In this document: positions 25,750 to 34,370 of the stretch, piece after piece
How the letters are laid out: the number at the start of each line of letters is the position of its first letter
Numbering within the stretch: position 1 is the stretch's first letter
The notes under the pieces: model-generated
The model's input: only the letters and a program-made list of their open reading frames with translations
Database searches by the model: none
Told to the model about the DNA's origin: nothing
IMG/VR virus record: IMGVR_UViG_3300023174_000141
Coordinates: 1-64,000 of that record
From: a virus
DNA length: 64,000 nt
Reading direction: 5' to 3' (one strand)
Program-made: the position numbers and the translations under genes

Positions 25750-27507
25750 CTAGGCGACAGGCACGGGAGTCGGGCCCTGCGAGGCCATCGTGGCCGAAGC
25801 GGGGGCCTGCGTCGCGGCCTCGGTGGTCTGGTTGGCTGGAAGCTCCGGCGGCACCGGGGCGCCCTGGAGCATCGCAGCAAGCTCGGGAGGAATGGCGCCC
25901 GGAGGAGGACCACCGGGGGCCCCGCCCTGCGCGGCCTCCATCTGGGCCTGCATCATCATGGCGGCCTGCTGCTCCTGCGCCTCGAGCTCCTCCTTGGGGA
26001 CGAGGAGGTTCGTAGAGAGCCCGACGCTCTCGACGAGCTCCTCGATGAGGCGGCGCTTGTTGATGTTCGGGTCCTGCATGAGCATCGGGAAGAGCTTGAG
26101 CAGGGTCTCGGACATGACGGACGGGTTCTGCCGGATGGGGTTGTAGGACACCATCTGGAAGTTGCAGTCGACCTCGCGGATGTCGGCGAGCCCGACCTCC
26201 TGCCAGCCGTCGTACCCGCTCACCTTCACGAGCTTCTCTTCCTTCATGTACTTCTTGCTGAGGAAGAAGCACTTCTCGGCGACGTCCTCGAGGGCCGTGT
26301 TGATGTGGCCTTCGCGCGTCGCCAGACGGGTGCGCATCTGCGCGTCGATGATCGCCATCTCCGTCGCGGTGCGGGCGCCAGCCACCTGACCGCGGGCCGC
26401 CTCGGCGAGGGCCGAGATGAAGGCCGCGTCGCCTTCCTGGCGAGCGATGAAGTTCTCGACGCCGACCGGGACCTGCGGCATCGGCATCTCGTAGAACAGC
26501 GTCCCGAGCGAGCGGATGCCCTCGGCGTTCGTCGGGCTGACCGGGACGAAGCTGCCGGTGCTGGCCTCAACCGCCTTGTTGAGATCCTCCTCGGTGATGA
26601 GCTCGCTGTTGAACAGGATGCGCGGGATCATCAGGTAGACGATCTGCTTCATGTGCGTGAGCAGGTCGTTGATGGTCTCCTGCTGGTTCAGAACGAGCTG
26701 GACCTCGGAGAGACCGAGGCAGTCCACAGCGCTCTGGTTGAGGCTGAACATCGAGTAGGGGATGTACTCGAGGTCCTGCTGGAACACGACGGCGTCGGCC
26801 TGGCGGATGTAGTGGACGACCTTGTTCGTCTCGCGGTCGTAGTACTCCCACACCGTCACCCACTCGAAGGCGTCGCGCAGGCTGGCCGCGTCGTTGCTCT
26901 TGTAGGTGTCGCTGATCCACTTCGGGTAGCGGTCAGGGGTGACGTCGCCGAGCTTCGGGCTCTTGTAGGCCCCGCTCTTCACCCGGCGCTGAAACTCGGT
27001 CCACGGGATGACCGCGGCCTCGAGCCAGTAGCGGATGTCGTCGACGTCGCGCACCGTCTGGTCGAAGAACACCGCACCCGGCTCCAGCACCCGCACGATG
27101 GGGCGGTCGGCCGCGACGTCCCAGCCCACCTTGAACACGCCGCGCTTGCAGAGCACCGCGTCGATGAGCGCGGTCGCCGCGCGCCGGCGCATGTTGTTAG
27201 CGTCGAAGACGTACTCCATCAGGCCGTTCACCAGGGGCAGCGCGTCCTGGCTCTCGCGGTTGCGGGGGTTCGCCGCGACCTTCGGGTTCGGCCCGAGGAG
27301 CGCGCTCACCGCCGTGTCGGCGATGGCGTAGATCATGTTCTTCGAGCAGAGGAACGACGGGATGGCGCCGTCCGCCATGTTCACGTCGTTGCGCGAGGTG
27401 TAGAACTCGCCGCGGTAGTACCGACGCGCCTTGTCGAAGTTCTTCTTCTCGGAGCGCTCGTAGTGGCGCTTGTGGCGGTCGATCAGGTTGGCGAGGTTCA
27501 TGTCCAC
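25750..27507 (-). CDS. Portal protein (P22/podovirus-like)
   Basis: 585 aa; DAVLCKRGVFKVGW, VWEYYD, RTATE motif, Q/P-rich tail; follows terL. Confidence 0.88.
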   Translation of the reverse strand: MDMNLANLIDRHKRHYERSEKKNFDKARRYYRGEFYTSRNDVNMADGAIPSFLCSKNMIYAIADTAVSALLGPNPKVAANPRNRESQDALPLVNGLMEYVFDANNMRRRAATALIDAVLCKRGVFKVGWDVAADRPIVRVLEPGAVFFDQTVRDVDDIRYWLEAAVIPWTEFQRRVKSGAYKSPKLGDVTPDRYPKWISDTYKSNDAASLRDAFEWVTVWEYYDRETNKVVHYIRQADAVVFQQDLEYIPYSMFSLNQSAVDCLGLSEVQLVLNQQETINDLLTHMKQIVYLMIPRILFNSELITEEDLNKAVEASTGSFVPVSPTNAEGIRSLGTLFYEMPMPQVPVGVENFIARQEGDAAFISALAEAARGQVAGARTATEMAIIDAQMRTRLATREGHINTALEDVAEKCFFLSKKYMKEEKLVKVSGYDGWQEVGLADIREVDCNFQMVSYNPIRQNPSVMSETLLKLFPMLMQDPNINKRRLIEELVESVGLSTNLLVPKEELEAQEQQAAMMMQAQMEAAQGGAPGGPPPGAIPPELAAMLQGAPVPPELPANQTTEAATQAPASATMASQGPTPVPVA

Positions 27508-29150
27508 TCCCGTGCGATGGGCTTGAAGGGGTTCCGCGAGGATGCGCGTTCTTTGTGCTTGAAGCGGTCGAGGTCTGCGATGGTAACGCGCGGCCCGTCC
27601 TCGTGCGGCTCGTAGTCTCGCACGGGAACAGGCTCTTCGTCGCTCGTGAAGCGGCGCCGGCTCAGGATGTCCGCCGCCATGACCGCGGTGCGCGCCAGGT
27701 CGAAGTGGTGCGTCGTGCCGTCGCTGTTGCCGCTGCGCTTGGTCCGGTCGCCGTCGTAGTTGATGAGCTGGTGCAGCAGCGTCTTCGACTTCAGCTCGAG
27801 CTCACGGTCACGCAGCATGCGGACGAGGCGAGCCTCGCCCTCCTGCACGCGCTTCTCGGTGGCGTACCAGCCGGGGTGGTTCCGGTCGGTCCAGAGCAGG
27901 TTCTTCGCGCCCTTGTCCTTGAGCATCGCGATGCACGCCGCGGCGTTGCTCTCGACGGCGAGGAGGGCGTTGTTGAAGAAGCGTTGGAGGTTCAGCAGCC
28001 GCTCGCTGAAGCGGCCCGGGTCCTCGCGGCCTTCCCACACCGCGACCTCACGACGCTCGATGGCGTCCCACACCGTCACGGCGCTGTTGTCGCCGACGGC
28101 GCCGAAGCCCGCGGGGTCCGCGCACACGAGGTAGGACCGACCCTTGACCGGGCGCTCGAGCAGGCTCGCGCCCTTGGGCACCGGCTCCGGCGGAACGACC
28201 GCGGTGAGCAGGCACTCCTTCAGCACGTCGATGGGCATCACGGGCTGCCCGCTGCCCAGCCAGCCGTCGTAGGGGTCGCTGGGGTACTTCGACGTGAAGA
28301 GGCGCTCGTCGTTGCCCATCTCCGTCTGGAGGGAGAGGCGACGGAACGCCAGGTTGTGGAGGTCCATGCCCGGGTGGCGGGCCATGTACTCGAGCTCGGT
28401 CTCGGTGGGCCGCAGCCCGTGCGGGTCAGCACGGCAGCTCGGGTCGAGCCACCACTCCAGGAACACGGGGTGGAAGCGGCCCTTGCCCTCGAGCGCGTTG
28501 TGCCACATCGTTTCGTGGTGGCTGCCCGCGGTCCCTGGGGTGGACTCGAGGATGACGCGTGCGTTGATACGCTTGTTGACGGCGGGGAAGATGTTCGCCG
28601 CGGCCTTCCGCTGCCACTGCGCCTCACCGAACTCGGTGAGCAGCAGACGGTCGATGGAGCGACCGACCGCGGGGGAGCGTCCGCCAGCCGTCAGCACCTT
28701 GATGCCGCCGCCGTGGACGAAGTGGATCTGGGTCGTGCCCGGCTTGCGCCCCGCCTCGACGGGGACCTTCACGTCGTCGGGCAGGTTCTTGTAGGCGAAC
28801 AGGATGCGCTCGAAGATGTCCTCAGCGGTGTCCTGCCGCTCGGCGATGAGCACGCCCTTCACGCCCTCGAGGTACATGCAGTCCCGGAGCAGCAGCATGA
28901 CGGCCGGCGTCGTGATCTTCGCCTGACGAAACTTGTCGGTCAGCACCCAGCGGTGGTCCGCGCAGGCTTGGAGGAACTTCATCTGGATGTTCGTCGGCTC
29001 GAGGTAGCCGATGGACTCGTCCTCTCGAACGATCTGGCACATCGAGACGAAGGCCCAAGGAGTCGAGAACATCGCGTGGACCTTCCCCAGGTGAAGGCCC
29101 GGCACCTGCGCGATCTTCGCGCCGCCCGGTAGACTTGAGGGTGCGCTCAC
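27498..29150 (-). CDS. terL: Terminase large subunit
   Basis: KFRQAKITT (Walker A variant), LLLTE (Walker B variant), ILESTPG, FLEWW, CADPAG..DNS, AVESN, HFD; GTG at 29150 after GGAG. Confidence 0.92.
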   Translation of the reverse strand: MSAPSSLPGGAKIAQVPGLHLGKVHAMFSTPWAFVSMCQIVREDESIGYLEPTNIQMKFLQACADHRWVLTDKFRQAKITTPAVMLLLRDCMYLEGVKGVLIAERQDTAEDIFERILFAYKNLPDDVKVPVEAGRKPGTTQIHFVHGGGIKVLTAGGRSPAVGRSIDRLLLTEFGEAQWQRKAAANIFPAVNKRINARVILESTPGTAGSHHETMWHNALEGKGRFHPVFLEWWLDPSCRADPHGLRPTETELEYMARHPGMDLHNLAFRRLSLQTEMGNDERLFTSKYPSDPYDGWLGSGQPVMPIDVLKECLLTAVVPPEPVPKGASLLERPVKGRSYLVCADPAGFGAVGDNSAVTVWDAIERREVAVWEGREDPGRFSERLLNLQRFFNNALLAVESNAAACIAMLKDKGAKNLLWTDRNHPGWYATEKRVQEGEARLVRMLRDRELELKSKTLLHQLINYDGDRTKRSGNSDGTTHHFDLARTAVMAADILSRRRFTSDEEPVPVRDYEPHEDGPRVTIADLDRFKHKERASSRNPFKPIAREWT

Positions 29151-29199
29151 GATAGACTCCTCACAACCCATGCTATCACGGTATGGCTCGGAGGTCGAC

Positions 29200-29418
29200 A
29201 TGGCAGAGAAGTGGATCCAGGGGGCGATCAAGAACCCAGGCGCCCTCCGAGAGAAGCTCGGTGTGGCGAAGGGCGAGAACATTCCCAAGGGTGAGATCGC
29301 CTCGAAGATCTCCGACCTCAAGCAGCAGGCTGAGGGCGACAAGAAGCTCTCCGCGGCCAAGCGCACCATGCTCAAGCAGCTCGTGCTGGCCCGCACGCTT
29401 GGCGAGATGAAGAAGTGA
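29200..29418 (+). CDS. Small basic phage protein (KWIQGAIKNPGALR...LARTL)
   Basis: SD GGAGG; motif recalled from phage head regions. Confidence 0.8.
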   Translation: MAEKWIQGAIKNPGALREKLGVAKGENIPKGEIASKISDLKQQAEGDKKLSAAKRTMLKQLVLARTLGEMKK

Positions 29419-29546
29419 TCGGCACCGACATCCAGAACACCACGCTTCCGAACAAGGCGCCAGCGAAGGCGGCGCCTGCCGAGGCGAAGCGCGAGATGCT
29501 GAAGCGGGTCATCGCCGACAAGGTGAAGCGCCAGTACGGAGGCTGA
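29415..29546 (+). CDS. 43-aa basic peptide
   Basis: GTGA overlap; fills the intergenic gap. Confidence 0.5.
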   Translation: MIGTDIQNTTLPNKAPAKAAPAEAKREMLKRVIADKVKRQYGG

Positions 29547-29547
29547 G

Positions 29548-29934
29548 ATGGCGGACGGGAAGTACAGCCACATCAACTTCAAGCCGCCCGCGTCGGTCTC
29601 GGCCGCTGCGGTGCGCGGCCTCATGCTGCGCCGCCAGCAGTCGAAGTCCCAGAAGGCTGGCCTCGACGTGAAGCAGGCCGCGGCGCAGGGCATCGGCTCC
29701 GGCGTTCAGCGCGCCTCCGACCTCAAGGCCGGAGCGACGATGAGCCCCGGCACCGTCCGCCGGATGAAGGCGTACTTCGACCGTCACGCCAGCGACTACC
29801 AGCTCGACGCCGGGAAGTCGCCGAAGGAGGACAAGGGCTACGTCGCCGGCCTCCTCTGGGGCGGTGACGCAGGCAGGTCCTGGGCCAACAAGGTGGTGCG
29901 CCAGATGGAGGCGGCCGACAAGCGGGGGTCGTGA
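29548..29934 (+). CDS. Basic phage protein (LLWGGDAG motif)
   Basis: RASDL..TVRRMKAYFDRH..LWGGDAGRSWA. Confidence 0.8.
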   Translation: MADGKYSHINFKPPASVSAAAVRGLMLRRQQSKSQKAGLDVKQAAAQGIGSGVQRASDLKAGATMSPGTVRRMKAYFDRHASDYQLDAGKSPKEDKGYVAGLLWGGDAGRSWANKVVRQMEAADKRGS

Positions 29935-30356
29935 TGGATCGACGCGAGAAGCTTCGGCAGGTCTACTCCAACCCGGGCCTGCGCAACCGCATCAAGGCCC
30001 GCATCTTGGCGGGCGGCAAGGGCGGCAAGCCCGGCCAGTGGTCTGCGCGCAAGGCGCAGATGGTGGAGCAGGAGTACAAGAAGGCCGGCGGGAAGTACAA
30101 GAGCGGCCCCACCTCGAAGCAGAAGAGCCTCAAGCGCTGGACGAAGCAGAAGTGGACGACGCCCTCGGGCAAGCCCAGCGTCCAGGGACCGAAGGCGACC
30201 GGCGAGGTCTACGCGCCGAAGAAGGCCATCGAAAAGCTGCGCTCCACCCCGGGCGGGATGGAGAAGCTCGCCTCGGCCACCCAGAAGAAGCGCGAGGCCA
30301 GCCGCAAGGGTGAGCAGTTCGCCAGCCACGGGCTCCACAAGGGAGCGAAGCGCTAG
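29931..30356 (+). CDS. DUF5872-like basic protein
   Basis: GGKPGQWSARKAQ..YKKAGG..SLKRWTKQKW. Confidence 0.8.
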   Translation: MMDRREKLRQVYSNPGLRNRIKARILAGGKGGKPGQWSARKAQMVEQEYKKAGGKYKSGPTSKQKSLKRWTKQKWTTPSGKPSVQGPKATGEVYAPKKAIEKLRSTPGGMEKLASATQKKREASRKGEQFASHGLHKGAKR

Positions 30357-30565
30357 TCCGGCGCCTGCGCGTCCCGCCACACCTCGAGCAGCAGCTTTCC
30401 GAGCCGCCGACGCGCAAGCCGGCGGCTCTTCTGCTTCTCCGCCTCGCGACAGCACGGGCAGGTCGTCCCGTCCTTACGAAAGCCCTTGATGTGTCTCTTG
30501 AACTCATCCATACGCGGACCCTCGCACCCTCACCCTATAACGTAGAAAAAATCTTCGGCAACGGC

Positions 30566-30594
30566 TTGCGCGATAATACCCACAGCGGTATTCT
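30566..30594 (+). promoter_or_regulatory. Promoter for the capsid operon
   Basis: TTGCGC-17 nt-TATTCT with an upstream A-tract. Confidence 0.65.
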
Positions 30595-30599
30595 CCTCG

Positions 30600-30730
30600 T
30601 GCACCCCTCGAAGGGTTTCGGGTAGCCCGTAAGGGTCCGAGGCAGAACGAGCGGGCAGGCGCAGCCCCCGAACTTCAACGTTCCTTCGACCTGGCCGGTC
30701 GGAGTCGCTAGCGCGTCTGCCCCCGGCCTC
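30600..30730 (+). ncRNA. Structured 5' leader of the capsid mRNA (candidate cis-regulatory RNA)
   Basis: GCCC-GTAA-GGGT GNRA hairpin; the stem GGGCAGGCGC/GCGTCTGCCC encloses two hairpins. Confidence 0.4.
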
Positions 30731-30741
30731 TGGAGTCCAAG

Positions 30742-31791
30742 ATGGCGATCTCTACCGAAATCCTCAACACCACCTTCGCGGACCTGCGCGGCCCGCTCAT
30801 CAACTCCTTCATCCGCTCCAACGAGCTGCTCGACGCGCTCATGAGCAAGGCCCGCATGCCCTCCGAGGGCGGCAGCCTCATCGAGCGGTCCTTCGCCGGT
30901 GGCGCCCCCGCCCGCGGCGTTGGCGTGTTCGTCGGTGACGAGCTCCTCAACATGACGCGCCGTCAGCAGACCAAGCGCTTCCAGGTTGAGCCCCACCGCA
31001 TCGTGGCGGCCATCAACATCCCGAAGAAGGAGCTCCTCTTCAACAGCGGCAAGCTCGCTGTGATCCGCCTCATCGAGGAGTACCCCCAGACCACCCTCGA
31101 GGGTGCGAAGGCTGACCTCAACAAGTACCTCCTCACCGGCGCCTCCCGCGGCCTCGTCTTCCAGACGGCGGACCTCTCGGGCTTCCTGAGCCTCAACGGC
31201 CAGTTCGCCGCGGGCTCCGGCACCGGCGTGACCAACGGCCTCCTCGACTTCGCGGCGCCCGCCTCGCAGACCGAGGTGGTGCAGAACGTGGCGAAGAGCT
31301 CCAGCTACTACCACTTCAACCAGTTCAACCAGATCACGACCTGGGCCACGGACGGTCTCCCCACCCTCCGCAAGACCTACCGTCAGTGCGCCCACTACGC
31401 GGGCGGCATGGGCAAGGGTCCCGACCTCGTCATCATGGACGACAGCACCTACACGAACTTCGAGGACAGCCGCCTGTCCCTCGTGCGCGTGACGCTCGTC
31501 GAGGACAAGACCGAGAAGAGCAACACCCTCGGCCTCGACCTCGGCGTGGCGAAGGTGTACAGCTCCATCGACCTCGACCTCGCGGACTTCACCTCCGCTC
31601 CGGCCCAGGGCGTGACCTACATCCTCAACACCGACTTCCTCGAGATGCCCCTCATGGAGGCCCCGAGCATCACCCCGTTCACTGAGCGCGTGGGTGACCA
31701 GGACGTCGTCACGGCCATCTTCTCGATGCAGGGCAACCTCATCTGCACGAAGACCCCGGCCCAGGGCTGCGTCGCCGGCGGCTCGGTCTGA
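30742..31791 (+). CDS. Major capsid protein
   Basis: 349 aa; GGSLIE, PDLVIMD, TYILNTDFL, GNLIC...QG; first gene of the virion operon. Confidence 0.88.
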   Translation: MAISTEILNTTFADLRGPLINSFIRSNELLDALMSKARMPSEGGSLIERSFAGGAPARGVGVFVGDELLNMTRRQQTKRFQVEPHRIVAAINIPKKELLFNSGKLAVIRLIEEYPQTTLEGAKADLNKYLLTGASRGLVFQTADLSGFLSLNGQFAAGSGTGVTNGLLDFAAPASQTEVVQNVAKSSSYYHFNQFNQITTWATDGLPTLRKTYRQCAHYAGGMGKGPDLVIMDDSTYTNFEDSRLSLVRVTLVEDKTEKSNTLGLDLGVAKVYSSIDLDLADFTSAPAQGVTYILNTDFLEMPLMEAPSITPFTERVGDQDVVTAIFSMQGNLICTKTPAQGCVAGGSV

Positions 31792-31833
31792 GCGACGTAG
31801 GCTTCATCCTCATCATCAACTAGGAGGTTTCTC

Positions 31834-32370
31834 ATGTCCTACAGCAACAACCAGGTCTTCGGGAACGACGTCAACGTCCTCGACAGCACCCAGCTCTACC
31901 CCCTCGGCACCACCCGCACCGTGCTCGGCTCTCAGTCGAACAAGGGCGACCAGGTGTGGCGCTACGTTCGGAACGCCGGCGCTGCGGCGTGGACCGAGGG
32001 TCAGGTCGTGCTCGCCGTCGCGGCGACCGCCCAGAACCTCGGCACGGGCCAGACCGCGACGGCGACCGCCAGCCTCGCGCGCAACCGCATCCTCGGTGTG
32101 GCGCAGACCTACGTCACGTCCGCCGGCGTGACCTCGACGTTCTCCGTCGGGTCCTACGGCTGGATCCTGATGCTTGGTGAGGGTTCGATCCTCAACGACA
32201 GCGCGGGCACTCTCGCCGCTGACACGTCGTTCGCGTCGTCCAGCGTCGTGGCGGGCTCCGTCGAGATCGCGGCCAACAGCGGTGTCGGCGCGAACGCGAC
32301 CATCGGCGTCACGCACGTCGCCATTTCGGCGAGCACCGTCGGCTCCGCGTACATCGTCTGCCGCCCCTGA
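31834..32370 (+). CDS. Capsid decoration/cement protein (putative)
   Basis: YPLGT..WRYVR..GSYGWI; follows the capsid gene. Confidence 0.7.
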   Translation: MSYSNNQVFGNDVNVLDSTQLYPLGTTRTVLGSQSNKGDQVWRYVRNAGAAAWTEGQVVLAVAATAQNLGTGQTATATASLARNRILGVAQTYVTSAGVTSTFSVGSYGWILMLGEGSILNDSAGTLAADTSFASSSVVAGSVEIAANSGVGANATIGVTHVAISASTVGSAYIVCRP

Positions 32371-32406
32371 TGTGGTAGACTAGGTCGGAACAGTTAGGAG
32401 GCGGGC

Positions 32407-33903
32407 ATGGACACTTCTCTCGGAGCGCTCCGCGCCCGCCTCTTCAACTACCGAGCTTGGGACAGCACGGGCACGACCCTCGATGGTCGCGTTCGAGAGG
32501 CGATGAACACCGCTCTCGACCGCATCTCGGGGGACGTGCCCGAAGCTGTTGTCCCCGACGACGAGCACGTCGTCCTTCTTCCCGACGCGGTGGGGGAAGC
32601 CGCCGACGTCAACGCGCGTATCGCTACGACCTCCGACACCCGCGTTCTTGAGTTTACCGACCCCAGCGGTGCTCCGCTCACCCCGTCGAGCCCCTGGGTC
32701 CCCGCCACCGACGGCTCTCTCGATGGCATCATGCACTTCGAGATTGTCGACACCAAGGGCCAGCGCCACCGTCGCCAGAGCCGCGAGTTCTGGATCCAGA
32801 AGCCGGGAGGCGGCGCCCCCGACCGCTACTACGTCAGCATCGACCGGCCGTGGGACCTCGGCACGATGTCGGGGCTGAAGTTCCGTATGCACCAGCCCGA
32901 GTTCTTCGTCACCGACGATGTGACCCGGGTGCTCGAGCCGGCGCGCATCTACGACGAGACCCGTCAGCAGATGTGGGCCATCGACACGGGCGGCGCCTAT
33001 CGGCAGGACCTCGTCGACTTCATCGGCGAGGACAAGGCCCGGCCCTTCCGGTTCTGGCGTGGTCGCCACTTCCAGATCCCCGCGCCCACGACTACGCCGA
33101 CGCTCGCCGCAAGCCAGCAGGGCGTTGCGCCGTGGGCTGGCCCTGAGTGGGAGGGCACGTTCCGTTTCTGCTACACCTACGTCTGGGGGCGGAAGGAGCA
33201 GGAGTGGCAGAGCGCCCCGGGAGGCATCCGTGATCCCCAGTGGGAGAGCGCTCCGTCTCCGCTCAGCACCACCTTCTCGCACGCGGGGTCGAACGCGGGC
33301 CGCAGCATCCGCATCACGGGCACGAACATCGACGCCATGATGGACTTCGGAGAGTCGTCGACGCTGCGCTACAGCCGCAGTGGCATGCGCCTCCGCATCT
33401 ACGTCGCCCGTGACAGCGTCATCTCCACCACCCCCTACGGCACGGGGTTCAACCGGGTCGAGACGAACGGGAAGTTCTACCTCCTCGCGGAGATCGAGCC
33501 GGTCGCGGGCACCTTCATCTGGGACGGCTCGACCGTGCCGGACTACCAGCGCGAGCTGAAGCACAGCACCGGCTACTACGCCTACAGCGTCTACCCGCAT
33601 CAGGACCAGCGCTACGAGCTGGACTTCCGGGTGCAGCGCCTGCCGAAGGCGCTGAAGAACGACCAGGACACGGTGCCCATCCAGCGAGACGCTGTGATGG
33701 CGTATATCGAGCTCTCGCTCTACTACATGTGCCTGATGGACGGCGTCGACCAGACCGGCGCGCAGGTCCACCTCTCCCGCTACGCCGAGCTCGCGCGCCA
33801 CTTCCGCAAGCGGTACGCGAACCCCGGCGGGGTCGTTGAGCCCACGCCGCTCACCGGCTACCAGGTTCGTTTCCGCTACGGTAGGTTTCGCGACATGACG
33901 TAG
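32407..33903 (+). CDS. Head-tail adaptor-like protein with insertions
   Basis: N-terminal LGALRARL..MNTAL and C-terminal VYPH.D..Y..LKNDQDTVPI are adaptor-like; gene position fits. Confidence 0.6.
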   Translation: MDTSLGALRARLFNYRAWDSTGTTLDGRVREAMNTALDRISGDVPEAVVPDDEHVVLLPDAVGEAADVNARIATTSDTRVLEFTDPSGAPLTPSSPWVPATDGSLDGIMHFEIVDTKGQRHRRQSREFWIQKPGGGAPDRYYVSIDRPWDLGTMSGLKFRMHQPEFFVTDDVTRVLEPARIYDETRQQMWAIDTGGAYRQDLVDFIGEDKARPFRFWRGRHFQIPAPTTTPTLAASQQGVAPWAGPEWEGTFRFCYTYVWGRKEQEWQSAPGGIRDPQWESAPSPLSTTFSHAGSNAGRSIRITGTNIDAMMDFGESSTLRYSRSGMRLRIYVARDSVISTTPYGTGFNRVETNGKFYLLAEIEPVAGTFIWDGSTVPDYQRELKHSTGYYAYSVYPHQDQRYELDFRVQRLPKALKNDQDTVPIQRDAVMAYIELSLYYMCLMDGVDQTGAQVHLSRYAELARHFRKRYANPGGVVEPTPLTGYQVRFRYGRFRDMT

Positions 33904-33944
33904 TCCTCGTGTTATACCGAAGAGGCAACCACGAGGAGTACCTC

Positions 33945-34367
33945 ATGCCGCAGACCACCAAGTTCCCCCGTCCCGACCTCGGCGACGTCTTCGTTCGTCG
34001 CAACCTCAACGGCAACGATGAGGAGGCCATGATCCTCGCCGTCCAGTCCAAGCCCAACGGCTTGCTCTGGCAGGCGGTCATGACGACGAAGAACGGCGTC
34101 GAGTTCGTCACGGGCGACGCCGAGTACCGCAACGTCCACGACTGGCGCCCGAAGGGCTGGCTCTTCGACGACGTGAACGGCAACTGGCGCACGCCCGCTG
34201 ACAAGGCGAAGCTCGACGCGGAGCGCGCCGCTGCCGCGGCGGCCAAGCCCGAGCCCGAGCTCAAGGACGAGTTCATCGTCGCCGACGCCTCCGAGATCCC
34301 CAACGCTCTCACCAAGAAGCGCGCGGGCATCCCGCTGCCGAAGGTGAGCGCACCGCCCCAGGTGTAG
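33945..34367 (+). CDS. Hypothetical protein
   Basis: SD GAGGAG. Confidence 0.75.
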   Translation: MPQTTKFPRPDLGDVFVRRNLNGNDEEAMILAVQSKPNGLLWQAVMTTKNGVEFVTGDAEYRNVHDWRPKGWLFDDVNGNWRTPADKAKLDAERAAAAAAKPEPELKDEFIVADASEIPNALTKKRAGIPLPKVSAPPQV

Positions 34368-34370
34368 CCG

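Noticed and set aside
29151-29693. N-terminal extension of terL in the ORF track (731 aa)
   Set aside because: It overlaps three well-formed + strand genes; GTG at 29150 has a GGAG SD.
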